DNA from: a virus
Lineage: Duplodnaviria > Caudoviricetes
Reading direction: 5' to 3' (one strand)
IMG/VR virus record: IMGVR_UViG_3300038974_000450
Coordinates: 1-29,778 of that record
DNA: 29,778 bases
Below, one piece after another: positions 26,236 through 29,778 of this stretch. Made by a program: the position numbers and the translations under genes. Below the pieces are notes generated by a model. The model saw only the letters and a list, made by a program, of their open reading frames with translations. It did not search any database and was not told the origin of the DNA. Position 1 is the stretch's first letter, and each line of letters begins with the position of its first letter.

Positions 26236-26786
26236 CTGAAAAACGCTACCGCTGGCATGCAATTTATGACCGCATAAAAGATATTCCTAACCCCATCGGC
26301 GCTGAAATAGGTGTACACCGTGGCGAGTGTTCAGCACATCTGCTTGAAATGCACCATGGATTAAAACTGCATATGATCGATATGTGGAGTCCGAATACCT
26401 ACGCCGGGAAAGGTGACGATGCAGCTACGGAGCCGTATAGAAAAATATATGAGAAAGAGTGCGAGCAGAATTATAAAACGGCTTGCGCTGTTGCTGATAA
26501 ATATAAAATGAGTGCTTATATATTGAGAGGTGGTTCACTTGAAGCGGTTAAATGGGTTATGGATAACACATTAGATTTTGCTTTTATCGACGCCTCACAT
26601 TCGTACGAAGATGTCAAAGCCGACATTCTGGCATGGTTGCCGAAAATAAAGAAAGGCGGATATTTATTCTGCCACGATTACGGGCTGTTTGAGGGTGTGA
26701 CAAGGGCGGTTACTGAAATGTTTACATTTAATCAAGATTATGATTTATATATTGATGATGATTACATCGCGGCGGTGCGGGTATGA
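26232..26786 (+). CDS. class I SAM methyltransferase (Methyltransf_24-like), paralogue of 16461..16982
   Basis: [39 protein letters not shown]. Confidence 0.88.
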   Translation: MTEKRYRWHAIYDRIKDIPNPIGAEIGVHRGECSAHLLEMHHGLKLHMIDMWSPNTYAGKGDDAATEPYRKIYEKECEQNYKTACAVADKYKMSAYILRGGSLEAVKWVMDNTLDFAFIDASHSYEDVKADILAWLPKIKKGGYLFCHDYGLFEGVTRAVTEMFTFNQDYDLYIDDDYIAAVRV

Positions 26787-26983
26787 AAATCTTGCCAATA
26801 GAAATAAAATTTGACAAAGAATCACCACTTATGGGTGAAAAAAGTTTATTGTTTTCAATTTCAATTTTTAAAGTTGAATATTTTTATATTAAAGAAAAAG
26901 AGTTATTTGGATTTTTTTATAATGATGGAACAATTATAATAACTTTATTCTTCAAGGAATTTGTTTTGAGGTGGCGTCAATGA
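26783..26983 (+). CDS. hypothetical protein
   Basis: 66 aa, ATGA-coupled at both ends. Confidence 0.55.
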   Translation: MKILPIEIKFDKESPLMGEKSLLFSISIFKVEYFYIKEKELFGFFYNDGTIIITLFFKEFVLRWRQ

Positions 26984-27621
26984 AAATATCCCTTAACCTC
27001 TTCACCAACTCCACTTTAAGCGCTCCCCGTACAGACATAATCGAGCGGACATATAAGTCATTTATTGACACGTTCGGAGACAATTATCCCGTAACGGTTT
27101 ACTGTGACCCTCATCCGAATTACAAACAGGGAAAATATTATCTCGAAGCTTTAGAAAAACTTTTTCCTGTAGTTCACAAAACAGACAGCCTGTCAGATGG
27201 ATATATTCAAGCCGTAAATAACACTGATGCGGATTTTTGTTTTATGTTAGAACACGACTGGAGATTCGAAAAGCCCCTGATAAAACACAGCCTTGAAGAA
27301 ATTACAGCGGTCATGAGTGTTGGAAATATTTACCATTTCAGATTTAATAAACGGTCAAATATTATTGCCGGTTGGGATATAGGACTAAAAGAAATTATCG
27401 CGCCGGGGCTGATTTACTGTGAAACATCCGTTCTATCAAACAATCCCCACATAATACAAGTCAAGCCATACCGTGAAAAATGCTTACCACTACTTCAGGT
27501 AAAACCCGGTAGCAAGGGTATAGAAGAAAACTTAACTCACTGCGGATTGACAGGGGCGATATATGGCGGCTTAAATTATCCGGCTACAGTAAAACACCAG
27601 GACGGGAGGAAGTCGAGATAA
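26980..27621 (+). CDS. GT-A fold glycosyltransferase-like protein
   Basis: IERTYKSF, FCFMLEHDW (DxD variant), SNNPHI; ATG 26980 overlaps the upstream stop. Confidence 0.65.
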   Translation: MKISLNLFTNSTLSAPRTDIIERTYKSFIDTFGDNYPVTVYCDPHPNYKQGKYYLEALEKLFPVVHKTDSLSDGYIQAVNNTDADFCFMLEHDWRFEKPLIKHSLEEITAVMSVGNIYHFRFNKRSNIIAGWDIGLKEIIAPGLIYCETSVLSNNPHIIQVKPYREKCLPLLQVKPGSKGIEENLTHCGLTGAIYGGLNYPATVKHQDGRKSR

Positions 27622-28127
27622 TGTATTTAACACATGAAAAATTCCTTGAAAAAGTAGCCGCCTCAAACTCCAAATACTGGAAAGAAGGCAAGTCTTACCG
27701 GTGGCAGTATATGTCGTCGGTCATCGACATTTTAAAAGAAATCTGTCCTGATGACAGCAAGTTGATTGAAGCAGGGACAAGCGGGATGCCTTTAAGTGAT
27801 AAGTCTTTTCTGTATGAATATCCGGAATACAATCTTGACGTGACGCCATTTAAAAAAGACGGCGAACGGATTAAAACGCATGAATTTGACTGTTTCGTTG
27901 CCCTTCAAGTCTGGGAGCATCTCGACAATCAAGCTGCGGCATTCAATGAAGTTATGCGTATAAGCAAATCAGCAATATTAAGTTTTCCGTACAAATGGAC
28001 ATGGGGAGACGCCCGACATAAAGGAATAGACGGTAAAAAGATTGAGAAGTGGACTTGCGGGGTAGTGCCGGAGTTGATCCGAATAATTAACCACCGTGCG
28101 ATTTATATTTTTAAATTTGGAGAGTGA
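27621..28127 (+). CDS. class I SAM methyltransferase-like protein
   Basis: LIEAGTSG, FDCFVALQVWEHL, EVMRISKSAILSFP. Confidence 0.7.
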   Translation: MYLTHEKFLEKVAASNSKYWKEGKSYRWQYMSSVIDILKEICPDDSKLIEAGTSGMPLSDKSFLYEYPEYNLDVTPFKKDGERIKTHEFDCFVALQVWEHLDNQAAAFNEVMRISKSAILSFPYKWTWGDARHKGIDGKKIEKWTCGVVPELIRIINHRAIYIFKFGE

Positions 28128-28699
28128 AAAATATGAATAAGAATATAAGAGTAGAAATTAAAATAAAAAATAACATTCTTTATAAGTTGATATTGTCGGA
28201 TAATAAAAATGTAAATGAATTTTGTAGTAAATATAATTTTGATAAAAACACAATTAGCAGATATTTAAGTTTAAAAATATTTCCAAAAAGAAATAACAAA
28301 TGGACTGAAACGGCTATAAAATTATCCGAACATTTTAAAGTTTTGCCTGAAGATATTTTTAATGAAGATTTTAATTTTATTGAAAAAAACACAATAAGTC
28401 TCGAAGGTAATATTAAATATATAGATTATATGTACAGTATAAAAATTGAAAATAACGATAATTTTCATTTAAAAGAAGCAATAAATAAAATTCTCAATAC
28501 ACTGCAAGGAAGAGAGAAAAAAATTATAGAAATGAGATATGGATTAAACGGAAATAACGAAATGACATTAAATGAAATAGGAGAAGTTTTTGGAATAACC
28601 CGTGCAAGAGTTTCACAGATAGAAGCTAAGGCAATGAGAAAATTAAGGCATTCTTCACGGTCAGATCAATTATTAAATTTTATTCAGGAAGCAATATGA
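28124..28699 (+). CDS. XRE-like HTH fused to an RpoD-like sigma70 region 4
   Basis: NVNEFCSKYNFDKNTISRYL...IKLSEHFKVLPEDIF; REKKIIEMRYGL...TLNEIGEVFGITRARVSQIEAKAMRKLRHSSRS; no region 2. Confidence 0.85.
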   Translation: MKNMNKNIRVEIKIKNNILYKLILSDNKNVNEFCSKYNFDKNTISRYLSLKIFPKRNNKWTETAIKLSEHFKVLPEDIFNEDFNFIEKNTISLEGNIKYIDYMYSIKIENNDNFHLKEAINKILNTLQGREKKIIEMRYGLNGNNEMTLNEIGEVFGITRARVSQIEAKAMRKLRHSSRSDQLLNFIQEAI

Positions 28700-29382
28700 A
28701 AACCTGCGCCATAATAATTGCCGCATACAACGCCGATAAATATATCCTTGAATGTTATAACTCAGTCAAGAATCAGATACCGCTTGAAGGATATTCCGTG
28801 GACATTAGGGTGGGCGTAGACGGTTGCCAAAAAACAGCGGACGTGTTACGGAAAAATAAAATTCCGTTCTACTGGTCAGAAAAAAATGTCGGGGCATATA
28901 TAATCCGCAACTCCCTTTGTGCAATCGCACCAGCTGACTGCTATTCTATTTTTGATGCTGATGACGTGATGTTTCCGGAATACCTGAACAAATCATTATC
29001 CCTTAACGCCGACGCCGTTATGACCGCAAAAATAAACTGCAACGAAAAATTAAAACCAATACAGGGGGCAAGGATTGAAAAAGGTGGAGCGATCACATTT
29101 ACTCATGGAGTCCTTGAAAGAGTCGGTGGGTTTTATGGTGTTCGTTGTGCTGCTGATACCGATTTTATGTATCGCTGTATTGACGCAGGTTTTGAAATTT
29201 TTGAAATCAAAGAGCCGTTGTATTATCGCAGGAGACATTCCGGAAGTCTCACAAAAAAATCAGACACCGGAATCGGTTCGCATTACAGAAAAAAAGTTTG
29301 GCGTGACATGTGCGAAAAACGGGAGCAGGGAATAATTAAGATTAAACCGACGGTGGTTGAATTAAAAAAAATAATTCCGTAA
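28696..29382 (+). CDS. GT2-family glycosyltransferase
   Basis: IIIAAYNADKYI, VGVDG, NVGAYIIRN, FDADDVM, ADTDF, YYRRRH. Confidence 0.9.
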   Translation: MKTCAIIIAAYNADKYILECYNSVKNQIPLEGYSVDIRVGVDGCQKTADVLRKNKIPFYWSEKNVGAYIIRNSLCAIAPADCYSIFDADDVMFPEYLNKSLSLNADAVMTAKINCNEKLKPIQGARIEKGGAITFTHGVLERVGGFYGVRCAADTDFMYRCIDAGFEIFEIKEPLYYRRRHSGSLTKKSDTGIGSHYRKKVWRDMCEKREQGIIKIKPTVVELKKIIP

Positions 29383-29393
29383 ATAAAAAACTC

Positions 29394-29422
29394 TTGACAT
29401 TATAAACGTTTAAAATTATGGT
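29394..29422 (+). promoter_or_regulatory. sigma70-type promoter
   Basis: TTGACA (29394-29399), 17-bp spacer, TATGGT (29417-29422). Confidence 0.55.
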
Positions 29423-29456
29423 TATTTTATCAAATTGAAAAATATGGAGATAAAAA

Positions 29457-29723
29457 ATGTTGTTTGAAGAAAAAATTAAAATTGTAGAACAGCTTAATTC
29501 TGAAACTTCTTTTTGGTTAAAATATTGTTTTGATAATTCAGGAAAATTATTTAGAATTGATTTATCTTACGATTTAGATGGTGGGCAAGATTTTGTAATA
29601 TGGCTTAAAAATAAAAAAACAGATATTGAGTCACATGTTGATATTATTGATATTAAAGAAATACAAAAAAACGAATTAGTTTTATTTTCAAAAATATTTG
29701 AATTATTTGATTCTGAGGCGTAA
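29457..29723 (+). CDS. hypothetical protein
   Basis: 88 aa, GGAG RBS. Confidence 0.6.
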   Translation: MLFEEKIKIVEQLNSETSFWLKYCFDNSGKLFRIDLSYDLDGGQDFVIWLKNKKTDIESHVDIIDIKEIQKNELVLFSKIFELFDSEA

Positions 29724-29725
29724 CC

Positions 29726-29778
29726 ATGCCAACACCTTTAAACATATCCGGTAGCCGTGCGGCTGCAATACTCGGATT
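29726..29778 (+). CDS. YqaJ/lambda-exonuclease-like protein, 5' fragment
   Basis: MPTPLNISGSRAAAILG resembles the N-terminal IGGSxAAAILG motif; GAGG upstream. Confidence 0.6.
   Translation, partial: MPTPLNISGSRAAAILG

Noticed and set aside
28124-28699. Complete phage sigma factor
   Set aside because: No recognisable region 2; only region 4 plus an HTH
1-29778. Alternative genetic code, tRNA genes or integrase
   Set aside because: Core genes are full length in the standard code; no cloverleaf or recombinase motif recognised, so lifestyle cannot be determined here

Overview
The window is most of the late region plus the start of the early region of a tailed, non-contractile (siphovirus-type) phage or prophage with a lambda-like head module. 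The minus strand (1-22350) carries tail fibre and tip genes, tape measure, G/GT chaperones with a -1 frameshift, tail tube, neck genes, gpE-type capsid, gpD-type decoration protein, ClpP-type protease, portal, gpW and a Nu1/gpA-type terminase. About 6.7 kb of cargo separates terL from gpW: an orphan PabI-family-like adenine methyltransferase, a four-gene glycosyltransferase/methyltransferase operon, a lysis-like cassette containing a mini-ferredoxin and a 54-aa stand-alone NrdD glycyl-radical domain (missed by the ORF track), and a DUF2829/Tad2-like anti-defence gene. The non-coding middle (22.4-25 kb) holds a cos-like site, two different iteron-like arrays and a gene broken by an inverted 214-bp promoter-plus-ORF insert. 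The plus strand (25063-end) carries RHH-type regulators, an attC-like structured element, a second glycosyltransferase/methyltransferase cluster interrupted by an HTH-sigma70 region 4 gene, and the start of a YqaJ-like exonuclease. The best candidates for an undescribed system are the twin early/late GT+MTase cassettes (one GT with a bL9-N-like tail) and the NrdD radical-domain 'spare part' near a ferredoxin. Motifs hint at an anaerobic spirochaete-like host (inference). All family calls come from motif recognition by eye; no searches were run.
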